The position numbers were made by a program, and so were the translations under genes. Below, piece by piece: positions 53,450 to 64,000 of a stretch of 64,000 bases of DNA. Origin of the DNA: Fistulifera solaris. Lineage: Eukaryota. The notes under the pieces were generated by a model. That model ran no database searches. It was not told the origin of the DNA and was given only the letters and a program-made list of their open reading frames with translations. Position 1 is the stretch's first letter, and every line of letters starts with the position of its first letter. Location of the stretch: assembly GCA_030295235.1 (NCBI GenBank), contig AP026123.1, forward strand, positions 558,001-622,000. The letters run 5' to 3'.

Positions 53450-53682
53450 TCGGACTGAATGGTGCTGACCAGTATTCGATTCAATATCGATGCTCGGAAA
53501 AGTTTTGGGGCTGGCGTATTATTACGGCATGATGGTTCCTGGTAAGAAAGTGTCAATCAGGGTATGGACGTTCCTCATTCAATCCGAAAACAGCATCAAC
53601 AACAGCAATTATAAGAACCAAGTGTTGTTGTTCCTTTCATTTTCATCTGAATATGTTGTGAAAAGAGGCGCAGGCAGATTTA

Positions 53683-53740
53683 CTATAGACCCAATGTGTT
53701 GATCACATTATCCGCGACTGCTTTTTCAGTCATGAATCAC
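53683..53740 (+). promoter_or_regulatory. Solo copy of the dispersed module
   Basis: ctatagacccaatgtgtt..ccgcgactgctttttcagtcatgaatcac. Confidence 0.7.
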
Positions 53741-54132
53741 ATTTTGTATTTTTTTCATTCTTTCTGCACGCCTTTAAAGGAAGCTTAAAAATCGCCTGAC
53801 GAAAATAAAGTTTAAATGATGACTCATTTAGTTGGGAGCGAAAGACGTCGACAGCGTTTCGCGACCATCTTCTTATCCAACGGAGTTGACTCTGTTATGA
53901 AAGGCGAAAGGCGACACTTTTCCGACGACTCACCCCAATCCCAGTCAGTCACGGAAGAGCCTCGTCTGTCTGTCGACCCAACAGGTCGATCTTGTGGCTT
54001 GCGGCAATGCGGATGATTTTTCGTTCGCCCTTTTTTGTTTTGCATGTTGCTTTGCAAAAGACTGGATTACCTATTGTGCTTTCTTTGAGGGAAAGATTCT
54101 GCGGTGGCTTTTAATGCCTTTAAAATCAGACA

Positions 54133-57100
54133 ATGGAAGACGAAAAAGCGAGTAACGACCGCATTGGTCACGCCGAAGTGCACTTTAACGACGAGGACGA
54201 CGACGAGGATGAAGATGAGGAAGATGAGGAAGAATCCAGTGACGAAGATGAAGACTTATCTGATGTATCTCACGAGGAAGATGCTTCGGATGATGAAGAC
54301 ATTCTGCTTTATTCTGCTGATCACTACGACGAAGACAACTTACCGGACTATGCGTGTCGTTATTGCGGTATTCACAATCCGTCCTGCGTTGCGATGTGTG
54401 TGGAGTCCAAAAGTGGTTCTGCAATTCATCGGGTACAACCGGTTGCAGCCACCTTGTTCACCACTTGGTTCGATCGCGCTCTCACCAAGTTCAGCTGCAC
54501 CCCAACAGTCCCTTGGCAGACACCGTTCTGGAATGTTATAATTGTGCTTCGAAGAACGTCTTTGTTCTTGGTTTCGTCCCCGCGAGCGCCAGTTCGGTTG
54601 TTGTCTTATTGTGCCGTGTGTGCGTCGAGACAGTGCCTGCTTTGAAAGACATGGATTGGGAACTTTCACAGTGGCATCCGGTGTTGCAGGATCGACAATT
54701 TCTTCCGTGGTTATTATCGGTGCCATCGGAAAAGCTCCAGTTGCGTGCACGGGATATTTCGCAAGCTCAAATGACAAGGTTGGAGGAGTTGTGGAAAACG
54801 AATCCAGATGCGCGTTATGCGGATTTGAATCGCCCGGAAATAACGGAAGAACAGGATTTACCTTCCGTGCTGCGTGTGTACGATGATGGATATCATTACC
54901 AAAACATCCTTGCGCCGCTTGTACAGCTCGAAGGTGATTACGACAGGCAAATGAAAGAAAGTTTGACGGAAGAGAGTATATCTATTCGCTGGGACAAGTC
55001 GTTGGCGGGGAAACACGTGGCCACGTTTTCTTTCCATAGGTTGCAAGCGGAACAGTCGAGGATTGTGATTGGTGACGAACTACGGATCAAACTAGGACAG
55101 GGTTCGCAGTTCTTGTATGGACGAGCATGGGAGGGAGTTGGATATGTCAAGAGTATCATTGATGGTGAAGTCGAACTCGAACTACGTAACGTCTCTGTCC
55201 CTGAGAGTATTACGGATGATTACGTCGTGGAATACGTTTGGAAAAGCACGTCGTATGATCGTATGCAGAACGCTTTGAAAACGTTTGCGATCGATGACAC
55301 TTCGGTCACAGGATATATCTACCACAAGCTTCTCGGACATGCGGTTGAAGAACAGCGAATCGCTACCGCGAAAATACCAGCAACCGAAGCAGAATTCCAT
55401 GTTCCGGGCTTGCCTCCTTTGAACGAGTCGCAATTGGAAGCGGTCAGCACAGTCTTGCAGCGCCCCCTCAGTTTAATTCAAGGCCCCCCAGGTACAGGCA
55501 AAACTGTTACTAGTGCAACCCTTGTTTACCATCTGACGCGACAGAATATGGGTCAAGTGCTTGTGACAGCTCCTAGCAATGTTGCCGTCGATCAACTTAC
55601 TGAAAAGATTGCCGCTACTGGGCTCCGTGTTGTACGTCTTGCTTCAAAAACCCGTGAGCAGACGTCTTCCACAATCGATCATTTGTGTCTGCACGTCATG
55701 ACTCCTTTGGCTGCTGGTGATGAGTTTCAAAAATTGCAACGTCTGAAGGATGAGATCGGCGATCTCTCCGAACGGGATCAGCGCAAGTACCGGGCTCTAC
55801 GCAATCGTACTGAGAAAGAAATCCTTCAAGCAGCTGACGTGATCTGTTGTACGTGTGTTGGAGCTGGTGACCCGCGATTGAAGAACTTTCGTTTCCGCCA
55901 AGTGCTGATCGACGAGGCAACCCAAGCCATTGAAGCAGAAGCTTTGATTCCAATTGCCATGGGAGCAAAGCAAGTAGTTTTCGTTGGCGACCACTGCCAG
56001 CTAGGACCTGTCGTCATGTGCAAAGCAGCGGCAAAGGCGGGCTTGACGCAAAGTCTATTTGAGCGTCTTGTTCTGATTGGGACGCGCCCGATTCGTTTGC
56101 AAGTGCAATACCGAATGCATCCTGCCCTTTCTGAGTTCCCTTCCAATATGTTTTATGAAGGCAGTTTGCAGAATGGAGTGACGGAAGCCGATAGACAGTT
56201 GTTGACTATGCCCAGCTTTTCAGGCAAGGAAGATTTCCCCTGGCCTGTTCCCGAGAAACCCATGTTCTTCTATTGCATTAATGGAATGGAAGAGATTTCA
56301 GCATCTGGTACCTCCTATTTGAACCGAACGGAGGCCTCGTACGTGGAGAGGGTTGTGACCCATTTGTTGCGAATGGGCGTGACTCCCGCACAGATCGGTG
56401 TTATTACGCCATACGATGGACAGAAGAAGTATCTTTCTGATTACATGCGCCGAGTTGGCGCTCTGGCGAGTTCGCTTTATGAAGCTATTGAAGTAGCTTC
56501 GGTCGACGCTTTCCAGGGCCGTGAGAAGGACTTTATTCTTGTTTCATGTGTCCGTTCTAGCGAAACACAGGGTATTGGTTTCTTATCGGATCCACGCCGT
56601 CTAAATGTTGCGCTTACGAGAGCTCGTTTGGGAATAATCTTGTTCGGCAACCCTCGCGTATTGAGTAAAAACCCGCTTTGGGCTGCCTTGCTGATTCATT
56701 TTAAGGAGTACGAATGTCTTGTTGAGGGCCCTTTGACCAATCTGCAGGCAAGCTACATCACTATTTCACGCCCGAAGCGCAACCCGGCTAGTGATTCTCG
56801 TTACGCTTTTACTGCGCTAGCAAGAGGCGGTTGGGATGGACGTTGGGAAGACCGACGAGACCGCCCGAATGAGGCCCCCTGCCTTTAAGCGCCGTGGACG
56901 CAGCAAACAATCGGACTCGAGATTCGACCCTCGGTACGAATCATCTAACGGGGCTCCGGCTAACGCCAATGGATCCAGTGGGGTCTGCCCATTCCCAGCT
57001 TTGCTCCTCTGCCGAGTTACGCTGGCGGCGGTGATGATTTGAGCAGTGTAGGAGGCGACAGTGCTGTCGACTCGCAGTTTGGTGGAAGTAGGGCCAGTTT

Positions 57101-57210
57101 CTTCTCTCAGCAGACGCAGCGAAAAGACGAATCTCGCGGACCATCATTGGGCTACTTTGTCGGCGGACCTAGCGGTAATTTTTTTGGCGGCGATCACGGC
57201 AGAAAATAGT
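54133..57210 (+). CDS. UPF1: UPF1 nonsense-mediated decay SF1 helicase (frameshifts near 54410, 56880 and 56995; end approximate)
   Basis: CH domain (ACRYCGIH, KWFCN, SHLVHHLVR, LECYNC), QGPPGTGKT, DEATQ, VGDHCQL, QYRMHP, FQGREKD, RRLNVALTRA. Confidence 0.97.
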
Positions 57211-57609
57211 AACGACTATGGTACAAAAGAGCAGGAACAATGGACGCCGGATCGTCTATTATGAACGATAGCAGAATAGGGTAATCTTCTTTTACTTGAA
57301 AGTAGCTTTTCGGAGAGGAGGCGGCAGGGATTACCTTCCCATTCTTCTCGAGACGATCCAGGTGGTCCAAGCAGGACTTTCTTGTTGCGATCGCTAAACA
57401 GTTCACCACCCTACCAGGATACAACTGTGGATTTTGTCCAGCGACGTCGAACCGGCCATAAGAATTCAATTGAATAGTAAATCATAATAAGACAAGGGGT
57501 AGGTGGATAAGTGTCTAAATGTTTGAAAAACGGTAGATGCTTCTTGCATCGTTTGATTATTCGTAATGTCGAAAGTCGATTGCCTTGAAAAAGTTGGCCT
57601 CCGTATTTA

Positions 57610-57667
57610 CTATATAGACCCAAAGTGTTGTCCGTATTTACCACGACTGCATTTCAGTCATGAATCA
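57610..57667 (+). promoter_or_regulatory. Solo copy of the dispersed module
   Basis: ctatatagacccaaagtgtt..ccacgactgcatttcagtcatgaatca. Confidence 0.7.
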
Positions 57668-58136
57668 TTAGTGTTCCGAGTCGTCAGTGTGCTACCTCTA
57701 GCCTTCGTTCTTACTGCTAGAGTGCTAAACTATATTTGCCTTTATCATAATATTGAATATCCTTTAGCAGCATTCGCCATGCACTGATTGATGATGATTT
57801 GTGATAACAAGATGCCTTGGGAACAACGCATTTGTGTTTGCCCACTGATGATTAACCCTAACACTACTTTAGTGTACAAGCCACGTCACGGATGCAGCTT
57901 TTACGCGTTGGTCGCAAATTTTGCAACGGTCAAAACGAACATGAAACGAATGCGAGAACGACGATGGAGGCAGTTCGGTGAACCATTCTACCTTTTCGAC
58001 GTTGTTAATCGCTTTTTATATGCACTAATCCTGTAATTGTCGAAGCAGTGTGTGCAAAGGCCGATTGCCTTGGAATTCTGGTCCCTTTTGCTTTTCTTTT
58101 GAACATTGACCCCCCAGACGCCATCGCATCGAAATC

Positions 58137-61100
58137 ATGCTGGCAACAGAACCGACTACGCAGAGATCACGGAAATTGAAATATTTACAGCAACAGGAAC
58201 GGCGGATTTCTGCACTTTTAGACATTAGTTACGTGACGAATCGCATCGTTGCCGCTTCACAACCCATTTCGGACGAAGAACCAACCTATCGAGATCTGGG
58301 ACGGTCTACTTGTGAAGGAGAATCATTCACACAAAGCGAACAACAAAGAGACGCCTCGGAACGTGATGCAGGCACGTATCAAGAATTAGAAGATTCTGTT
58401 TCATCTGCCCGGCAAGTTTCTTATTCGAATTTTGGTGAAATCGGCAAATCAGACTTTCAGAGTCCCAATGACAACGATGATACGTCCTTGAGCTTACAAT
58501 CTGACATCCGTTCTCGCAAAACTTTTAACTCGTCAGTCAGAAACGGAAACAATCAACGAAGAAACACCCCGCATTCGCTGGCTAAATTTCTGAATAAGAA
58601 ACACGGCGAGGGCAACTACCTCTTGTTTTCATTGTGCGATGATCAAGCGGATGACTCCACATTGTTTCACCTGCGCCGTCAAATTGTACAGCTGCCTTGG
58701 AAACTGTCAAGAGACAATGCTTCGGAGCTTCCAACAGTCCCTTTGTTGCTAAATATATGCTACGCCTTTCATGCATGGCTTAACATGGAGGACATTTCGA
58801 ACGGAAACGTAGGTCACTCGTCGCTCAAGCGACCTCAACACGTGGCCGTGATTTACTGTCCCAATGGAAAGACTCGAACAGCTATTGCCATCGCTTGCTA
58901 TCTAAAATTTACTGGTCAAGTCGACAAGACTGAAGATGGTTTCTTACTTTTCCTCGAAAAGCGATGTCCGGATAGTGAGCTTTCACCGGCTACAGTGGCC
59001 AAGGCTCTCCCCGCGTCCATACGTACCTTCTTTAGAAATTTTGATTCCACGATCGAGCTCAAGCGATATATGAATCAACAACCGCTGTTACTTCGGTCAA
59101 TAGTAATGCGTGGTCTTCCCGTTGAAGAGAAACCGTGTTTGAATATTTTCAACGCCCAAGGTGACCATGTGTATTCGAGTCATCCTGACTTATTTGGAGA
59201 TATATCCGTGACGAATCCTTATGCTCAGCAAGATCGGAGCCAATGGGAGGAAGAGGAAGGCTTCTTTCCGGTCAATCAGATCTTGGACGGAGACTTCTAT
59301 TTGCTGTGTCGATTTGGAGGACATTACGCAGGCGATCTCTCTGATCCATCAAAGATCATTTTTCGTTATGCAAACACAACGGGTTTTCTCGGGGCTGGTC
59401 CTATTGACTTAAGATGTGATAGAGTTGATCTGATGCGTCGATACGCGCACCTAATTGATTGCAAGGAATTCTTATTTACTATGTCGTTTGAGGCATCTTG
59501 GAATTGCTCTACTCAGCAAGAAGCTACTTTGCTGCAGAGAGATAGTATATCTGACAATGTTCCTTGCGTGCGAAGCGGATACCAGGCTATGGAACAAGGC
59601 TGGGAAATGATTTCACGTCATCATTCTGCAAAGCCTTCGAACATCGATGTCGACCTTTTACACGCTTCCTGTGAAAGTCTGCGTGAGTGTCCTTATCATC
59701 TATCGGCTTTGGCCTTGCAGCTTAGCAACTTTGATTTGAATGGCGCTGAAAACATGCTCGTAGAAGGAAAAATGCGTATCTGGTGGAGTCCTCGGATAGC
59801 GACAGAGACTCCATCTCACCAATATCAAACTAGTAGCCACGCGCAGCCCGCAATTCGGCGAGAACATCTCGAAATACGAAACAGCATTTTAAATGTGGTA
59901 AGAGGCGTTGGGTCACTATCGACGTCGCATGGAAATGGTTCATTTCAGACAAGGGCTACGAAGCAATCCACAGGGGATATTGAAGAAGGATTCACACCTC
60001 TAATATTGTCAGATGCAGCTTCATGGTATACATCCCCATTGATGCGACCCAAGTCGGGCGATATCACGAATGCAATCGGCAATAATAAATTCATTTACCC
60101 AAAACCGGACCATCCGTCACGCCGAAAAGATCAACCTCTCATTCCCCTTTTCCACACCCGTTACCCATAAAAGAAGGTTCAAGTAGCGTACTCGACGATC
60201 CCCACAATCGCAATGCTTTTGAGATGTTGATGCTTTCAAGCTCTCCTACAATTTCCATGCATGATTTCCTTGCATTGCAGCGTTATCTCAGGGGTGAAAG
60301 TGAGCGTCTTGATTCTGATTCAGCTCAAATCAACGGTGATAGCGCAGATATCATGCAAGGTCGTGAAGGAACCAACGACCTCAACATATTACCTAGCGAG
60401 CTCCAAAATGATGATGTAGTCGACGAGAAAGGGAACGCATATTATGACGAAAACACAGTTCACACGGATGCAGAAGATATTCACTCATCGGGTCCTCCCT
60501 TGAAAGACGATGAATGTTTTACGAAATATTACAAGATGCTGAAGATGGGACTGCCGCGAGGAGCCGTTGAAAATGCGATGACTCGGGATGGCGCCGACTT
60601 GTCGCTCCTTGACTTGGATCCCGAAAAGAGTCTCGCGTCTCAGAGACCGACACAGACTGTATCCTCGGCCTCGGACCCTCCCTTGAAAGACGATGAATGT
60701 TTTACAAAATATTACAAGATGCTGAAGATGGGACTGCCGCGAGGAGCCGTTGAAAATGCGATGACTCGGGATGGCGCCGACTTGTCGCTCCTTGACTTGG
60801 ATCCCGAAAAGAGTCTCGCGTCTCAGAGACCGACACAGACTGTATCCTCGGCCTCGGACCCTCCCTTGAAAGACGATGAATGTTTTACGAAATATTACAA
60901 GGTGCTGAAGATGGGACTGCCGCGAGGAGCCGTTGAAAATGCGATGACTCGGGATGGCGCCGACTTGTCGCTCCTTGACTTGGATCCCGAAAAGAGTCTC
61001 GCGTCTCAGAGACCGACACAGACTGTATCCTCGGCCTCGGACCCTCCCTTGAAAGACGATATATGTTTTACGAAATATTACAAGATGCTGAAGATGGGAC

Positions 61101-64000
61101 TGCCGCGAGGAGCCGTTGAAAATGCGATGACTCGGGATGGCGCCGACTTGTCGCTCCTTGACTTGGATCCCGAAAAGAGTCTCGCGTCTCAGAGACCGAC
61201 ACAGACTGTATCCTCGGCCTCGGACCCTCCCTTGAAAGACGATGAATGTTTTACAAAATATTACAAGATGCTGAAGATGGGACTGCCGCGAGGAGCCGTT
61301 GAAAATGCGATGACTCGGGATGGCGCCGACTTGTCGCTCCTTGACTTGGATCCCGAAAAGAGTCTCGCGTCTCAGAGACCGACACAGACTGTATCCTCGG
61401 CCTCGGACCCTCCCTTGAAAGACGATGAATGTTTTACGAAATATTACAAGATGCTGAAGATGGGACTGCCGCGAGGAGCCGTTGAAAATGCGATGACTCG
61501 GGATGGCGCCGACTTGTCGCTCCTTGACTTGGATCCCGAAAAGAGTCTCGCGTCTCAGAGACCGACACAGACTGTATCCTCGGCCTCGGACCCTCCCTTG
61601 AAAGACGATGAATGTTTTACAAAATATTACAAGATGCTGAAGATGGGACTGCCGCGAGGAGCCGTTGAAAATGCGATGACTCGGGATGGCGCCGACTTGT
61701 CGCTCCTTGACTTGGATCCCGAAAAGAGTCTCGCGTCTCAGAGACCGACACAGACTGTATCCTCGGCCTCGGACCCTCCCTTGAAAGACGATGAATGTTT
61801 TACGAAATATTACAAGATGCTGAAGATGGGACTGCCGCGAGGAGCCGTTGAAAATGCGATGACTCGGGATGGCGCCGACTTGTCGCTCCTTGACTTGGAT
61901 CCCGAAAAGAGTCTCGCGTCTCAGAGACCGACACAGACTGTATCCTCGGCCTCGGACCCTCCCTTGAAAGACGATGAATGTTTTACGAAATATTACAAGA
62001 TGCTGAAGATGGGACTGCCGCGAGGAGCCGTTGAAAATGCGATGACTCGGGATGGCGCCGACTTGTCGCTCCTTGACTTGGATCCCGAAAAGAGTCTCGC
62101 GTCTCAGAGACCGACACAGACTGTATCCTCGGCCTCGGACCCTCCCTTGAAAGACGATGAATGTTTTACAAAATATTACAAGATGCTGAAGATGGGACTG
62201 CCGCGAGGAGCCGTTGAAAATGCGATGACTCGGGATGGCGCCGACTTGTCGCTCCTTGACTTGGATCCCGAAAAGAGTCTCGCGTCTCAGAGACCGACAC
62301 AGACTGTATCCTCGGCCTCGGACCCTCCCTTGAAAGACGATGAATGTTTTACGAAATATTACAAGATGCTGAAGATGGGACTGCCGCGAGGAGCCGTTGA
62401 AAATGCGATGACTCGGGATGGCGCCGACTTGTCGCTCCTTGACTTGGATCCCGAAAAGAGTCTCGCGTCTCAGAGACCGACACAGACTGTATCCTCGGCC
62501 TCGGACCCTCCCTTGAAAGACGATGAATGTTTTACGAAATATTACAAGATGCTGAAGATGGGACTGCCGCGAGGAGCCGTTGAAAATGCGATGACTCGGG
62601 ATGGCGCCGACTTGTCGCTCCTTGACTTGGATCCCGAAAAGAGTCTCGCGTCTCAGAGACCGACACAGACTGTATCCTCGGCCTCGGACCCTCCCTTGAA
62701 AGACGATGAATGTTTTACGAAATATTACAAGATGCTGAAGATGGGACTGCCGCGAGGAGCCGTTGAAAATGCGATGACTCGGGATGGCGCCGACTTGTCG
62801 CTCCTTGACATGGACCCAGATAGAAGCCTCATCTCTCAACTAACAAGCATCTCGAACAAAGATGTTGGGGTTCAACAAGATATTTTAGACAAGGCCGAGT
62901 TTGTTCAGCTGAAAGCCCAGGACATGGCCTCTCAGAAAGGTTCTTCTTCTCGTCTTCCTGCAGAGCCACGACAGAACGCAGCGAAAAAGAATGTGAGACG
63001 AAAAAAGATATTTTGGAATCCAATAAATCCTGGGGAATTGAGAGAGGATTCTTTGTGGTCGCTGGTGAAAGGAAAAGTTCAGATGGATAGTTTAAAATAT
63101 GATGTTCGAGAATTCGAAGATCTTTTCACCGAGTCGCCTGATACAGCAAAAGCCAAAATGATCAAAACAGAAAAGAGGGTAGAAACGAAGAAAAGCGTCC
63201 AGGTTATTGATGGGAAACGATCCATGAACGGAGGCATTATTCTTAAGCGATTAAGGATTGAGTACAAGGCACTTGCTGAGATGGTCGAATCAATGTAAGT
63301 CAAGATGATGATGGATGCTGTCGTTGAAAAGAAATCTTTCTCATGGCAACCTTTACGCCTCAGGGAAATTGGAGCCCTAGACGCTACATCGATCAAAGCG
63401 CTGAAAGAGTACCTCCCGACTGTTGACGAAAGAAACCAGCTTCAATCCTACTTAAAAGCGGCTGGTGATTCCAAGGATATACGAGAAAAGCTCTACGGTG
63501 ATCTTAGTGACTGTGAGAAGTACATGATTTGCATGATGGATATAGCTAAAGCCGATGACCACTTTGATTGCATGTTATTCCGGGTGCAATTTCGATCCAG
63601 ATTCGACGAGCTTATTGATTGCCTTAGAACGGTAGACAAAGCTTGTGATGAAGTCAGGTCTTCTGAAAAGTTTCGACAAATTATGGCAATTATACTAACC
63701 GTGGTCAATCAGATCAATACGGGCGGCGAAGGAAAGGGTCAGGCTATGGGTTTTAATCTTGAAACACTGTTGAAACTTAACGAGGTACGTCTTTGTTGTC
63801 TTGTCATTGGGCATTTTTGCAAATCTCACTTTTCTACTCAAAACAGGCGAAGGCTTTCGATAAAAAGACAAGCGTTCTTCAATATCTCATCAAAGTGGTC
63901 AAACGAAACGACGAGTCGCTAATTGAATTTCACAAAGACCTTCCACATACCAACGACTCAGTTAACATCATCTTGGATTCTCTATGTTCAGATATCAAAG
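58137..64000 (+). CDS. Formin with N-terminal PTEN-like/C2 region, 13 internal repeats and an FH2 domain (truncated by the window end; frameshift near 60150)
   Basis: LDISYVTNRIVA, YCPNGKTRT (degenerate CX5R), C2-like LDGDF..IIFR; FH2 KKIFWN, SLW, FEDLF, IDGKRSMNGGI, VNQIN, MGFNLETLLKL..KAFDKKT. Confidence 0.88.
60493..62830 (+). repeat. 13 near-identical 183-bp (61-aa) coding repeats inside the formin
   Basis: PPLKDDECFTKYYKMLKMGLPRGAVENAMTRDGADLSLLDLDP recurs every 183 nt from about 60495 to about 62690. Confidence 0.99.

Noticed and set aside
60485..62839. 784-aa antisense ORF over the formin repeats
   Set aside because: One stop-free antisense unit repeated 13 times; it has no independent coding signal.

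Overview
Gene-dense eukaryotic nuclear DNA with short GT-AG introns, most likely from a diatom (inference from ASAFAP-type bipartite plastid presequences on PDS and PNPase, division-2 chitin synthases and a CBM20-TPS-TPP fusion). About 22 genes are present: COG4, an alpha/beta hydrolase, tetra-ubiquitin, two head-to-head chitin synthases, phytoene desaturase, two mitochondrial L7/L12 paralogs around MMSDH, an amino-acid transporter, an NSF-like AAA ATPase, a sulfotransferase-like gene, PNPase, CK2-beta, EMC4, ascorbate peroxidase, TPS/TPP, a serine racemase-like gene, a phytol-kinase-like gene, UPF1 and a PTEN/C2-formin. Many genes carry 1-bp frameshifts, several at homopolymers, best read as long-read consensus errors. 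The most unusual signal is non-coding. One cryptic module (ACTAT..AAGTGTT..CGACTG-N4-6-CAGTCAYG) underlies the terminal satellite, two diverged intergenic arrays, two diverged dimers and two or three solo copies. All clear copies are on the + strand and neighbouring copies lie about 195-265 bp apart. Other highlights are a formin with 13 near-identical CCDC53-like repeats where the FH1 region should be, palindromic minisatellites (one with a perfect 39-bp foldback), a second dispersed ACGT-dyad motif, and a degenerate cupin fused to an NSF-like AAA domain. All calls were made by eye; no database searches were run.
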